A stretch of 62,912 nucleotides of DNA, the filler included, from Squatina squatina (Eukaryota), in NCBI GenBank assembly GCA_031763465.1. It is 4 parts of 4 records of this genome, joined end to end, with 100 filler letters (N's around TTAATTAATTAA, not from the genome) between each part and the next. Parts side by side here need not be neighbours in the genome. Positions count along the whole stretch, not along the records: positions 1 to 14,519 come from JARFOE010000233.1; 3 more parts are not named here. One strand, written 5' to 3'. A program made the position numbers and the translations under genes. Positions 1 through 12,416 of the stretch are shown piece after piece (the stretch's first letter is position 1; each line of letters begins with the position of its first letter). The notes beneath the pieces were generated by a model that was not told where the DNA came from, ran no database searches, and worked only from the letters and a program-made list of their open reading frames with translations.

Positions 1-1456
1 AGACTTTAACATTAAATCTAGGTACTGTGAGGTAAAGCCATGTTTGAACTTCCACATAAATTATAGCACAGACCGCATTAGCCTTTCTTATGTGCAGCGT
101 GAACTGATGCTAACCTTTTCTTATGGGCCAGCTGTGCTCAATGATATCATGAGCTCAAAGCACAAAGAAGCACTAAAACAACCCACTTAACCTGCCTTCA
201 AGGTGATTAAGGAGAGCAACAATCTTCAGCCATTCAGATGCCAAGGGTCACAGCACACATTCAACCTTCAAGGTAGAGACAAAATGTAAGATACTAAAAT
301 AAGTTCCCTCAGGCTATCTATTTGTCATTACTGCTTTAGCCAAGTTATTCAAAAAAAAAGGAAGTATTAGCTAGTGAACAGTTTATTTTTAGAAAGTTTT
401 CAGGCATTTTCTTACCTTTTTTAGTCTAAATTTATTAAATATGTATAGATTGTATTTTGGTTTAAGTTTGTTTTTTCTTATCCCAGATCGCTGCTGTTTT
501 ACTGCCTATTATCTGACATCAAATACGCCATATTTCTAAAGCCAGGTGTTACAAATCCTCTTATCAAATTTAATCTTCAGCCATCAACCTTTGACACAAG
601 NNNNNNNNNNNNNNCCCAGGTTTAGCCTCCTCTGCTAAAACAGTCATTATTCTTACAATATGTCCTGTCGAGAAAGTTTACAGATAAATAAGCCTGTGCC
701 AGATATTTTGAACCGTATCATCCATGTGTTCTCAATTGTCTTCATCACAGCTCATACAGGGACATTGCTGCAATGATTAAGAGCTTAAACCTATACCGAC
801 CTTATAGCACCTCCGGATATAGATAAGAGATAATCTTTACGATACAAATTATTGCACCCACAATAGCAAAATGTAGTGATTGGTCAAAGGGATGACCAAA
901 AATCTAATTTGCAATGTCAAGCATAGAATTAACTGAAAAAATTATTGAAGTTTGCACTTGAACAATATCTTACTAGCTGAATAATATATTGCTTTAAAAA
1001 TAATAATCATTTGTTATCACTGCCTCAGAATGTCTCAAATACTAAATACTTGTATCTTTCACAAGCAATTGACTATATAGTTGTTTATCAAGAGAACACT
1101 AATGGAACTTTGTAAATTATTATATTAAACACGTTCCCCGATGAACAGTTGAAATCAGCCATCTGAGAATTTCAAAATGACCCCAGAATCTTCACCAATC
1201 AGATGAATCACATTTTTAATATCACCTTTTATTTCCCTTGCAAGCTTACCACAAATGTTGTCAGACATCATGAAAGAGCAGGATCAGGCTTGACTGTGAT
1301 GCTCCCTGAGGTCAAATACCCCACTGATACTCATTGTCAAGGCTCAGCACCTTTAGGAAAGCAATGGAAGAACGTAGAAAAAAATACATTGCTTTTTTTC
1401 TATTCTTTGAAAGGAACTGCGGAAAACTTACAATAAATCATCATTTTAAAAAATTC

Positions 1457-1706
1457 ATTCTCGGGATGTCAGCGACATTGGCAAGGCCAGCATGTATTGC
1501 CCATCCCTAGTTGCCCTTGAGAAGGTGGTGATGAGCCGCATTCTTGAACCGTTGCAGTCCTTGTGGTGAAGGTACTCCCAAATGCCGTTAGGTAAGGAAT
1601 TCCAGGATTTTAACCCAGTGACGGTGAAAAAACAACAATATATTTCCAAGTCAGGTTGGGGTGTGACTTGGAGGGGTACTTGGAGGTGGTGGTATTCCCA
1701 TGCGCC
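1457..1706 (-). mobile_element. CR1-clade LINE 3' end (ORF2 C-terminus plus tail), truncated by gap
   Basis: Minus-strand translation contains KSWNSLPN and ends TTFSRATRDGQ, typical of the CR1 ORF2 terminus. The same tail recurs at ~25240, ~33803 and ~39680. Confidence 0.75.
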
Positions 1707-2028
1707 NNNNNNNNNNNNNNNNNNNNNNNNNNNNNNNNNNNNNNNNNNNNNNNNNNNNNNNNNNNNNNNNNNNNNNNNNNNNNNNNNNNNNNNNNNNNNN
1801 NNNNNNTACAACATCTTGTAAAGTTTGTTCATTCTGAGAGATGTGTTACCTCTTCCCAGGCCCTTCTTTGAAGCCTGCTGTTTGTTGGATTTGTCGTGAT
1901 TCCTGAAGTGGAAATCCAACTCAACAGCAGTTCCTTGATGAATAACTTTACTTCTTGTCGCATAATTCTTAATTGCTTGGTGCTATTAGCTGGAGCTGCC
2001 ATTTTACATAGTATTATATAGTATTACA

Positions 2029-2210
2029 TAGTAATTACAGCACAAAAAAAAGTCATTCAGCCCAACAGGCCCTTGCTAGTGTTCATGTTCCACACAAGCT
2101 TCCTCTCCACCCTTCTTCATCTAACCCCATCAACATATCCTTCTATTCTTTTCTTTCTCATGTGTTTATCTAACTTCCGCTTAAATGCATCTGTGCAAGT
2201 TGCCTCAACC
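2029..2210 (-). mobile_element. CR1 LINE 3' terminal fragment
   Basis: ACAGCACA...CATTCAGCCCAACAGG...CTTCATCTAACCCCATCAACATATCCTTCTATTC. A near-identical segment lies at 55845-56031. Confidence 0.65.
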
Positions 2211-3960
2211 GCTTGCACAATGTCTTGCAACCAGGATTGACCTACAGTTAGAGGCCCATGCGCCCGATGTTTGGCAAGTTAAGCAACTTAAAACTATAGT
2301 TTATTAATAATTTCATTTAATGGCTAACTTGTTGGTGGAAAATGTGTTACACCTTGTATTATCCCTTGAGCAACAATAACACATGTTTATTGCCCGAATG
2401 GCCTTCACAAGCACATGTAGAAAGATCCCAGATCAAATGTTCAAACAGGCCCCGTGTGAACCAGGAGCTTCAGCATTATCCTTTAAAATATATACTCAGT
2501 TCAGATTCCAGCTCATATAGGCAGTGCGTGCTTGCATTTGTACAGTGTATCTATTAGTTCAAGCAGTATGTGTGCCAAAGGCAGTCAATATTTCCTTCGT
2601 CCCTCTTTTCAGACCCTGCTCATAAAGCTTTGCAGCAGAACTTCTGGATTTTCTTGACATTTCAAATTACAAGCTATCAGTGCATTAATGTATCATAAAA
2701 CACCAAGTATAGTTTTGTTAACAAAAATGAGCTGAAGATTACAGATTTTTCTTCAACATGTTGTATGCTTCATGTGTGAAAACCACACTTGCAACTTCTT
2801 TTTTCTTTTTTTCAATCTTCAATTCAAAATGTGGTACACACATTTCAAAGTGAACATTTTTGATTATTTAAAATAACAAACAAATGTATTGACCAAAATC
2901 TCTTCATGTTATATGAAAATTAAGAGCTTTGATAATGCATAGTTTAAACTGATACGTTTCTGTATGCCTGTTTTAAGATGCTCTAATGCCAAGAGACAGT
3001 TTGATGGTGTATTAAGCTAAGCAGTTTAATTGCATTATAGTTAGTCAAAGCTGGTTTCTGATTTATCAGTTGTATATAATTTAGCAGACACATTGGAAGT
3101 AGGAAATGCCAATGATTTGAAGCATAGTAAGTCAGCGAGTCATAAGCAGTATTCCAACAGAGATCTCTCTGAGAAAAAATTTGAGTTCTGTGAACTTTAG
3201 CCTGAAGGTCAATGCTTCAGAAAGAAACTGTTTGATCTCTAATCTGAAATGTACTATAAGCAACATGTCTTTGAAGATGAAAAATAACTGCATAGCTTTA
3301 TTAACTCAATGAGCATTCCCCCTTAAACCTGGTCCCACATTTTTTTTTAAAAGGAGGTCTCCTGCAGTTTTAGTGATATAGTGTCAATAATGTCAACATG
3401 CATGCCATTAACTCACAAACTGAATCTGAAAAAATATTTCTAAATGGTGTTAGCCAAGGTTAGAACAGTTTCAGACACATTGGCATCAGATGTGGCAAAT
3501 GCAGGGTTTTTTCCACAAAATATTTGGGGTAAGAAAAAAGTTAATTCCTACTTGACCTTCACAACATGTTTTTGAATCTTTCACACAAGTTAGACAAGAA
3601 TGCATGCCTCATTAATAAATTAAAAACAAAAGTGCATCCAGCTTTTACAAAGTATTGTCATCCATGACCAGTGTCAGATTCAAAGGAACATTCTAAGGGC
3701 AGCTTACTGCATATTTCCATTGTTCTCTCAATGAGTTTCAGTGCAGCTTTGAATGGTTAAAATGAACAGTTCAATATTCTTCAAGCGATTAACAAAGGTA
3801 AATTTTGAAGGGTTCAAATACAAGTTTAAAAATCAACAACTTAGGAGTAAAAAGGGAAGTTTGGCATAGCTTTAATCACACAAAGGACAATAGACATGGA
3901 ATAAGATACCAGAGAAAGACTTTGAAGCAGACAATATAAATGGCCTTGAGGAAACTCAAT

Positions 3961-4144
3961 GGGGTAGATTTTGACTGAGTGTGATTATGAAAACCAGGTG
4001 ATAGCGAATTGGTAGCCTGTTTTACATTTTTCGCGATTTTTATTTCTATTGACTTCAGTGGAAGTAAAAATCGGGAGAGATGTAAATTGGCTGCTGATTC
4101 ACTATCACCTGTTTATACTGTCATAAACAGTCCACATCTACACC
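3961..4144. mobile_element. Palindromic MITE, PIF/Harbinger-like, with 3-bp TSD (AAT)
   Basis: Termini GGGGTAGATTTTGACT and AGTCCACATCTACACC are imperfect inverted repeats. The interior is almost entirely self-complementary. AAT flanks both sides (3958-3960 and 4145-4147). Confidence 0.75.
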
Positions 4145-4511
4145 AATGTGTTTCCAGAAAGGAAGGTATGGTGAGAAGGCAATGTTATAAAAAAATGGAT
4201 GGCCAATAGCTTTTTCCTGTTCCTACAAATTCTTAAATAATTACAATTACAAATTAAGATCCATTAAGAAATAATGGAATAATTTAAAATTGATGCTGAG
4301 CAAAGTACTTTCTAACTTGAAATAAATTCTATTTACAGTCTGACAAAATTAAGTGTATTTTTGCTTCCCATTAACCTGCTTTCCAAGGTTTCCTGGTTAA
4401 AAAAGGTGTCATTTTTTACAGTTTTCACTGATTTCCTAATTCAGTCATTTTAATTTCTGCTTGCTTCTTTGTTTTCTTCCTTTATTCTCTTTAATTTTTG
4501 TATTTTCATTT

Positions 4512-4735
4512 TCATAGAAGCTTACAATACTGAAGGAGGCCATTCTGTCCATTGTTTCTCTGCCAGCTCTCTAAACTTACTTTAATTCCTCTGCCCCTTG
4601 CGCATACACTTTTATTTTTTTTCAAATATTTTTTCATTTTTAAAAGCTCTATAGATTCTTTTTCCATCACTGTTTCTTGTAAAGTATCCCACACACTGAC
4701 ACCCTCTGCATAAAAGTATTTCTCCAAAGCTCTCC
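4512..4735 (-). mobile_element. Decayed CR1 LINE 3' end
   Basis: Minus-strand ORF KYFYAEGVSVWDTLQETVME resembles the CR1 ORF2 terminal FF.QRVV..WN.LP..VVE motif, followed by a CR1-type tail. Confidence 0.55.
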
Positions 4736-5151
4736 CTTTCTTACAATACCGCAATGTGTGTGTGAATTTGTGTTTATGCGTGCAACCAGGGATTAAAATA
4801 CAGATGCCGTTCAAAAAAAACATTTTATAAAATAAACACTTAAGTTATTATAATGGCTTCACAAAATTCATGCATGGAATACAGGAAACTCCTAAAAATA
4901 GAAAATGCAAGTATAAATTTAATTTTTAAAGTTTTTGTGTATATTTGGTTCTCTAAATTTCTCCCCTCCTTTTCTGAATGCACTGAATCTTGCTGAGTTC
5001 CAAAGCCATTGGCATCCTCTGATACCTTATCTAAGTCGTGATTCTTCATGTNNNNNNNNNNNNNNNNNNNNNNNNNNNNNNNNNNNNNNNNNNNNNNNNN
5101 NNNNNNNNNNNNNNNNNNNNNNNNNNNNNNNNNNNNNNNNNNNNNNNNNNN

Positions 5152-5246
5152 ATTGCAGTAAGACATCCCTGCTCCTGTACTCAAATCCTCTCACAATGAA
5201 GGCCAACAGTCCACTCACCTTCTTAACCGCTTGCTGCACCTGCATG
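5152..5246 (-). mobile_element. CR1 ORF2 fragment (post-RT region)
   Basis: Translation QVQQAVKKVSGLLAFIVRGFEYRSRDVLLQ matches the CR1 ORF2 consensus. Confidence 0.8.
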
Positions 5247-8200
5247 ACCGATGTCAGGAAGCCATGCACAAACCTGCATGACCCAGCTTGCCCTTATTTT
5301 CTGCTTCCCTTCGTCCTCCAGCCCCAAAGTCAGCCCTACCAGACCACCCATGACCACGGTAAAATTATTTTAAAGGCAGCCAAAAACAGCCCCGCACTCC
5401 TCAGAAGTCAGAAGTTTTATAAGGCAGAAAACAGGCCATAACCCCTCCCCAGAAGTTAACCAGCAGCCTAAAAAGACAAACCAGCAACTAACCTCCATGA
5501 GCCCTCTAAATAACACTGCTGCCTGCCTTCCTGCCTGTTAACGTCACGAGTTGCTGAGCGAGTTTACCACGTGGCAAGTCAGACAGTGGAGCTGACCAAC
5601 ATTACAAAAGGGCCCTACAACAAGCGTCGGACTCTTATTTAAATTTCTTATTCATTGTTTTACATACTTTCGGTACGTGCTTGAGATGCCTATGGACCAA
5701 TATGGCGGGTGACACACTTTTAGTGCGGAATGAGGGCACACAGCATGCACTATACTGGACGCTTCGCTGTCCATTTTGCACCTGAAAATCAGGCGTGGTG
5801 CCAACAAATTTCTAGGCGCTAGGATCTTGTTTTCAGCAGGGAAGGATTCTGGCTACAACATGATTTTTCAGACTCAATCTTACTGCCTTAGTCCACAGGT
5901 CAGCATTTAGCTTCATTGCCAGCAACAAAGCATATTTTCAGGTGTAAACACCTGATTGCTGCTAGTGGTAAGTTTGGGCAATAAATCATCACCCTGATGA
6001 GCCAGCAGAAAACAGCCTGGGTGGAGACCAAGACCGACCTCTCCTTGTGAGAGGGCTTTTTCCCACTCAGCAGAAATACTACTTTAGAAAATTTGATTAG
6101 ATTCAATTTTGAAGTGTAGCTGCTATTTTCAGTGGTTGGAGGCCAATGAGAAGACTGCTGTATACGTTCCTGCCAATTAGTACGACATCCGATTTCACAG
6201 GTTCTCCACAGCCTGTTGGACATGATAGGCTCACCATCACGTTGATCTGGAGGGAGGACCAGTAAGATAACAGAACCAGATCAACTCTAGCAAAAACAGA
6301 ATACATTTTTAAATACTTTTTTTAAAGTAGCTCCTGGAAAGATAAGGGCACAAAGTGCCATTTTAAAATATAGAAATAAATAAAGCACACAGGACCATCT
6401 CCTTAAATTCACTGAACCATCTCAGCCCCAATTATTATTTCTTACAGCAGGTAGCATGGATGTCTAGATCGATAATTCATAGAAAGACTCATATGTAAAT
6501 GTATTTCCAAATTCATTGCCCGCCAACGTACCAAATGGAAAATGCTCTTTGGGGGTTTGATTGCATTGAGCAAGTTGCAAATGTGGCACTGTTGCTGTAA
6601 AGTCCTTAATTATCATAGTTTTATGGCAGCAGTGGGGGAGGAGGATGTATTTCCAGATCTGACATTGTCACAATTATATGGAATATTTTTCAGATCACAA
6701 TCGTGTGTGAGCATGAGTTTATCATGTCCAGAATATTAAAACACGTGCTCTAGAATTTGCAGGTCTCCGCTCCTCTCCTGGGCTGTTCTGGGACATGTGC
6801 GGACTACCCCCATAACCTAGGTCACCAAAGACTTCTAAAACAAGGATATCTCTTTAAAGGTACAACATAACACAACAATTTGTTTTTTTTTAAACAAGCA
6901 AGATCGGACAGTACATTGTGCAGCTCCCCCACCAGTCTCCCCGGTCTAACCATTCACTGTAAAGAAGCAGTGACAGGGATGTCTTCTTGTTGCATAATTG
7001 GCACTAAAACTCCATGCTTCATGTATAGCGTAGAATCAGCCAATATTCCGTGGTTTGTGACTATTTTCTAAGATTTAATAATGACTCAGAATTGTTCGAC
7101 AAACTAGACACCACATGTTAAGAACTTATGCAATGCCAAATTCTTTAAGTAAATAGAGCCAATGTTATATTTTTCTATGAGGTAAAGTACCCTGTTATTG
7201 TGAAATACCTCACCTACAGGCCCTGCCAAAACTTATTCCAGCTGTGGCAAGCTGACGTGAGTGACAGGCAGTGGGACTTGTACCGTCTGGTTGGGAACTT
7301 AAAGCTGTTAACCCTCACCTACTACTGGTCCATTTATAATGACATCTTTCTAACTAGAATTATTGCAAATTTGAATTAAAGTCTAAATTGTAGAATAATT
7401 TGCTTTTAAATCTGTCATAGTATGACATGCAAATATTGCTTTCTTGTAGAAAATAAACAAGAATGATCTGATTAACTATGAACATTCACAACTTTAACAA
7501 TTCAAAGTGCTTTCTTCTGCATGTGGTATTATTGAATTTTCTNNNNNNNNNNNNNNNNNNNNNNNNNNNNNNNNNNNNNNNNNNNNNNNNNNNNNNNNNN
7601 NNNNNNNNNNNNNNNNNNNNNNNNNNNNNNNNNNNNNNNNNNGTTTTGGTGGGGGGGGGGGGGGGTGGTGAAATCAAGTAGTTTTCCCCACTCCTCATCT
7701 CTATTCAGTGATATGTGCTAGAAGGTGCATGTATGTAAATGTCAGGTGAGGACAGGATAGGCCACAATGTGTTGCCCCTTCCCCCCATGATCAAATAACA
7801 AGTGGGCACCCACTGTCAAAGCTCGCACGTGAAGAATAATGCCTTCAGCAAGGTACCATAGACATGCTGGTGCCCCTGAAGCCATATTCCCACATGAGTC
7901 ATCCTGTTCAGAAGAGATGGGGAGAAACTGAGTGGGGGAGGGGGAGAAATTCTGTGTATCCTGACCTCCTGACTGCATTTCTGAATGTGGCTGGCCAGAA
8001 ACTGGTTTAAATGTTCATGTCACCATTGTCTGTAAGTTCATATCCAAAGCTGATGACTGAGGAACCAAAGAAATACAAATGATTGAATCCAAAGTAGATT
8101 GTTGCGTTAATGTGGTGGCTGAAAATGGTAACATAGATGGTTATAGGCAGCACACTGTGAAATAAAGAATTTTGGAAACAATGGTACAGTCTTAGGACCT

Positions 8201-9307
8201 TCTTCAAGTTAAACATGCACAAACAGAAGAGAAAAATGTGGGCAAAGAAACAAAAGACAATATTACAGGAGCAGAGAAGAGGCTAAACCTTGTTTACACT
8301 GCATGTTTGACAAGCAAACTTGCTCTTGGCACAAAGCTGCCTTTTTGCAAGCTCAGTGAACTCAGTCCTCGAAAATGGTCCCTGAATAAAGCAACAGAAA
8401 CCTCAGGGTAGAACTAACTCAAGGTCAGGACAGTATAACGAGATGGCAGATTGATCGTTGTATTGTCCATCCACATTTCAGATTTCTGGGTTCATATGAA
8501 TTACACAACATGACCCGTTATTCATCGCTACAAACTATAAAGCATTTTAACAGCTTTAAGTTTGCTAATCATATGATCAAAGTAAATTACACCATTACAT
8601 GCCAGTCACTTAATGACAGCATTTTACATAAGTCAGATGTAGAGAGGGAGAGTACTGTCAATAGTAACACACAAAACAACAGCTTCACAGTTAAGCTTTC
8701 ACGGTTGGTGACAGTGAGACACCCTGCAAAATAAATACAGCAACTCCAATGAAGCTGAAACTACGAGCTAGAACTGACAAAGAATGGAGATCCAGTCACC
8801 ACATCAATAAGATTGGGGGACAGGGCATGGGAAGCAAATCTGCTCTGACCACCAGAAGGCACGGACACTCTTACCCCTCTCCACCCTCTCCCCCAAATGT
8901 TGCATATCTTTCATTCGCACATGCACGCATAAAACTGTCTAGTTGCTATGCCCACAGCTTCAAACAACATCATGATGAAAACTAAATATTATATAGAAAC
9001 GAAATACGGCGGATACTAAATATTATATCATGTGTACACAAATCAAAAGTTTTTCTTCCTACAATTTGTTCCCTGTTTCTTGCTAATTATTTGCCCCGTC
9101 CCTCTCCTGAGTGTGTTCATTCCTGCTTGGGGAGGAGGTGATTCGCATACATGGCTGCAGAACTCTCGCTGGTACCCAAGAGGCCATAATTCAAGAGTGA
9201 ACTTTAANNNNNNNNNNNNNNNNNNNNNNNNNNNNNNNNNNNNNNNNNNNNNNNNNNNNNNNNNNNNNNNNNNNNNNNNNNNNNNNNNNNNNNNNNNNNN
9301 NNNNNNN

Positions 9308-9740
9308 GGGACACTGCCCTGAGGAACTCCTGCAGAAATGTCCTGGGGCTGAGATGATTGGCCTCCAACCGCCACAGCTATCTTCCTTTGTGCTAAGTAT
9401 GACTCTAACCAGAGGACAGTTTCTCCCCATCGCCCCCCTGCCCCCCAATTTCCAATGACATAAATTTTACTAGGGCTCCTTCTCCTTGATGTCCCATTCG
9501 GTCAAATGCTGCCCTAATGTCAGTGGCAGTCATTCTCATCTCACCTCTGTAATTCAGCACTTTGGTCCCTGTTTGGACCAAGACTGTAATGAGGTTTGGA
9601 ACCGAGTGGTCCTGACTGAACCCAAACTAAATATCAGTCAGCAGTTTATTGGTGAGTAAGTGCAGCTTGACAGCGTTGTCGACGACGCCTTCCATCACTT
9701 TGCTGATTGAGAGTAGACTGGGGCGGTAATTGGCCAGGAA
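9308..9740 (-). mobile_element. CR1-clade LINE reverse transcriptase fragment (degenerate)
   Basis: VGGQSSQPQDISAGVPQGSV is the RT GVPQGS motif. Upstream remnants resemble the YRPISL and QFGF motifs. Confidence 0.85.
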
Positions 9741-10464
9741 TTGTTTTTATGAACAGGACATACCTTTTATAGGTGGAAACGAAGCAATGGGCAGCAAATA
9801 ATCAGCTGGAACAAGAAAGTAAGGAAAGAGAAAAGATGAATTGTAATGAAAGCAGCACACATAGCTGCTTTGCGTTTTTCTACTTGTTCTAACAGTAAAG
9901 TAATCCTCTCTCCAATGGTTTAATAAGTGGATCTTTCTCATCACTATAACAAAACCAATGATACAAAAAAAAGCCAAATAATATCGTGATCCTGGAGCTA
10001 ATATTGTATTCAATTGGGTGTAAAGCTAAAATACACATGCCTGCCAAATATCTTGATGCATTTTTGAACACGGTCCAAGTGGGATCTGAGAATAGGTTGT
10101 CGGGTCACTTATCCACAATATTGATGCCGACTGCTACTGTTGGTCTGGAAAGTGAAGTTTCCAGTTTAAATCTTTCAAGCCAATAAGAGGATTTGCAATT
10201 TTACCTTGTTTAATTATTTGCTCGCTGAACCCAGTTGCCTGACATTGTAAGTAATGGATGAAAACTAGATATCCAGATACACTCTCATTTCTTTCTACTC
10301 CCTCTCCCTGATCAAGTGGATGGGAGTTTTTGTAATTTGCTGCCATTCATTACAAATCAATACTAGGCTATCTAATGTATTTTGGTGGTTAAATCAAAAA
10401 GCACTTCTCAATTTCATTTTGGGCAATACTATAAATTTGACCTGCTATTTTCAGTGTAATTTGT

Positions 10465-10540
10465 GAAGCACCACATTACCTTTAGGACCTGAAAGGATAT
10501 GAAGCACCACATTCCTTTTAGGACCTCAAAGGATATGAAG
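10465..10540. repeat. 36-bp tandem duplication (2 copies)
   Basis: GAAGCACCACATTACCTTTAGGACCTGAAAGGATAT followed by GAAGCACCACATTCCTTTTAGGACCTCAAAGGATAT. Confidence 0.9.
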
Positions 10541-10951
10541 TACACCCAAGGGGCGTCCCATTTTTAACTAACAACAACTAGGCTCCTTGATAGCTTCATG
10601 GATGCATAGTGTGGATTCTGTGAAACTATGCTATTTAGATCAGGGACTCTTCTGTGGGCTGAGCCAGGTATCTGGTAAAGACAAAGTTGAGTTTAGCCCC
10701 TTGTGGGTGAATAGCCTGCCGACACTCTGGGCTTGTATGTTGAAAAATACCACTTTTGGGAGGTTCCAGAGAATTTCTAGCATCCATTCAATCCTTCACT
10801 GAATTCCTGACCTCAACTATACTGTACAGGGAGGCTTCAAGCAGAGACTCAAGTACTCCTGTGCAGGATGGAAGGAAATAGGATGATGTGTCTCCACTTG
10901 ACTACTTTGTCATATTCCTTATCAGCCAACCAATAGTTGATAGGAACTTAC

Positions 10952-11028
10952 GAACACATCAACTGTCCTAACATTGCAGCCACCGGAGCTGCATGGCCCG
11001 AGATATCTCTCAAATGCATAAAGCTCAG
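10952..11028 (-). other. Candidate 77-nt internal exon of an unidentified gene
   Basis: On the minus strand, a T-rich tract ends ...ttattttaaag, followed by a GC-richer 77 nt and a perfect gtaagt donor. Two of three frames are open. Confidence 0.45.
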
Positions 11029-12045
11029 CTTTAAAATAATATATAAAAAGGAAAACATTTGAAAATAACTCAAGTGCAGGTAATAAATGTCAGCCTCCTG
11101 TTTGATACAAAATGTATCACAAAAGATGAAATGAACTACATGTTGCTTATGGACTAGATATTCCACCATTCACTTTGTATGGGTGACTGTTATACAGCTC
11201 ATAATGTTTGTAATAAACAGCCATGAATTATATTTTACACTGCTGACCTGATCATTAAAACATTCCAGTAATATAGAAGTATGCATGTTTGTCTATAAAA
11301 TCCGAATTTGCATTCTAAATATTAACGTATTGGTATCTACAAATTTCTGAGTGTAAACTTTTAAGTTTTATGATATCCTAATACTTCCAGACAGGTTGCA
11401 AGTAACATTGCATTCATCTTGAGATAAACCATGCAAAAGGAATGCGTGGGATTGAAGTAGCAGAACTCTCAGGAGATGGACCAACGGGTTCTGTCTTCAC
11501 TCAATTCCAGCTTGTGACCTGCACATATATCAAAATCTCTACACATTGTTAATTTTTCTGTAATTGTATTCTCAAGTTAAAAAGCAATTTAAAACTTCTT
11601 AACATAAGCTTGTATACAAATGCAGAAGTGGGTGGGAGACAATGCTTTGTTTACAAAATAAATAGGAAGAAGACTGTGTATACTTGATACAGCTACATAA
11701 AATATTTCCAATTTTTATTCTAATAATTTTAGTTTCACAGTTTCTCTTGTGTTCAATTTTTGATGTGGTCAGATTGCAGGCTTGATTGACAGATTGGCCA
11801 GAAACTTGCTTTCTTGCAATTTGTGGCTGACCACCGAACAATGGCTGCTACTGATGACTGATTGCACAGAATGTGATTGATTTCATAAGCTGGTAATTGA
11901 ACAATTTGTTTCTGGCGTCAAATGGTACACTGTATTTGTTCCAAAGGATCTCCATTTGAAAGAAAGGTGGCATTTTTGTGTGTTTGTCAATCAATGACTG
12001 CTTTTCGGCTTCCTGTGCAACTAGAATGGTTGATTGGCATAAAGG

Positions 12046-12416
12046 AAGAACTTGCATTTATATATACCTTCTTTCAAATCCCAAAGTGCTTCACAGCCTC
12101 TTAAAGTGTTGTCAGCAACATGGCAGGCAATTTACGCACAATAAGGTTCCACAAACATCAAGGAGGTAAAAGACCAATTAAATTGTTTTTGTGGTGTTTG
12201 AGCGATTAAATATTGGCCAGGACACTCCCCTGCTCTTTAAATAGTGCCACGGGATCTTCCACATCAACCTGAGGGCAGACGGGACCTCCAATTTTAAAGT
12301 CTCATTAGAAAGACCGCACATCTGACAGTGTGGTGGTCCCTCAAGTCCTGGCGTGGAGCTTGAACCTACAATCTTCTGACTCAAGTGAGAGTGCTACCAC
12401 TGAACCAATGCTGACA
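12046..12416 (-). mobile_element. tRNA-derived Deu-domain SINE (SacSINE1/AmnSINE1-like), near full length
   Basis: Minus strand: tRNA-like head with B box (GGTTCAAGCTCC), Deu-like core GGCACTATTT..AGAGCAGGGGAGTGTCCTGGCCAATATTTA, and 3' tail ATATAAATGCAAGTTCTT. Confidence 0.75.

Noticed and set aside
5900-6306. Overlapping minus-strand ORFs with a possible acceptor near 6286
   Set aside because: No recognisable homology and no consistent exon frame.
8024-8157. Possible minus-strand exon (VLPITIYVTIFSHHINATIYFGFNHLY...)
   Set aside because: The acceptor is plausible but the donor is weak and the peptide is unrecognised.
12350-12416. tRNA-like sequence (also ~25545-25620 and ~38030-38090)
   Set aside because: These are SINE heads attached to SINE bodies, with no intact cloverleaf.
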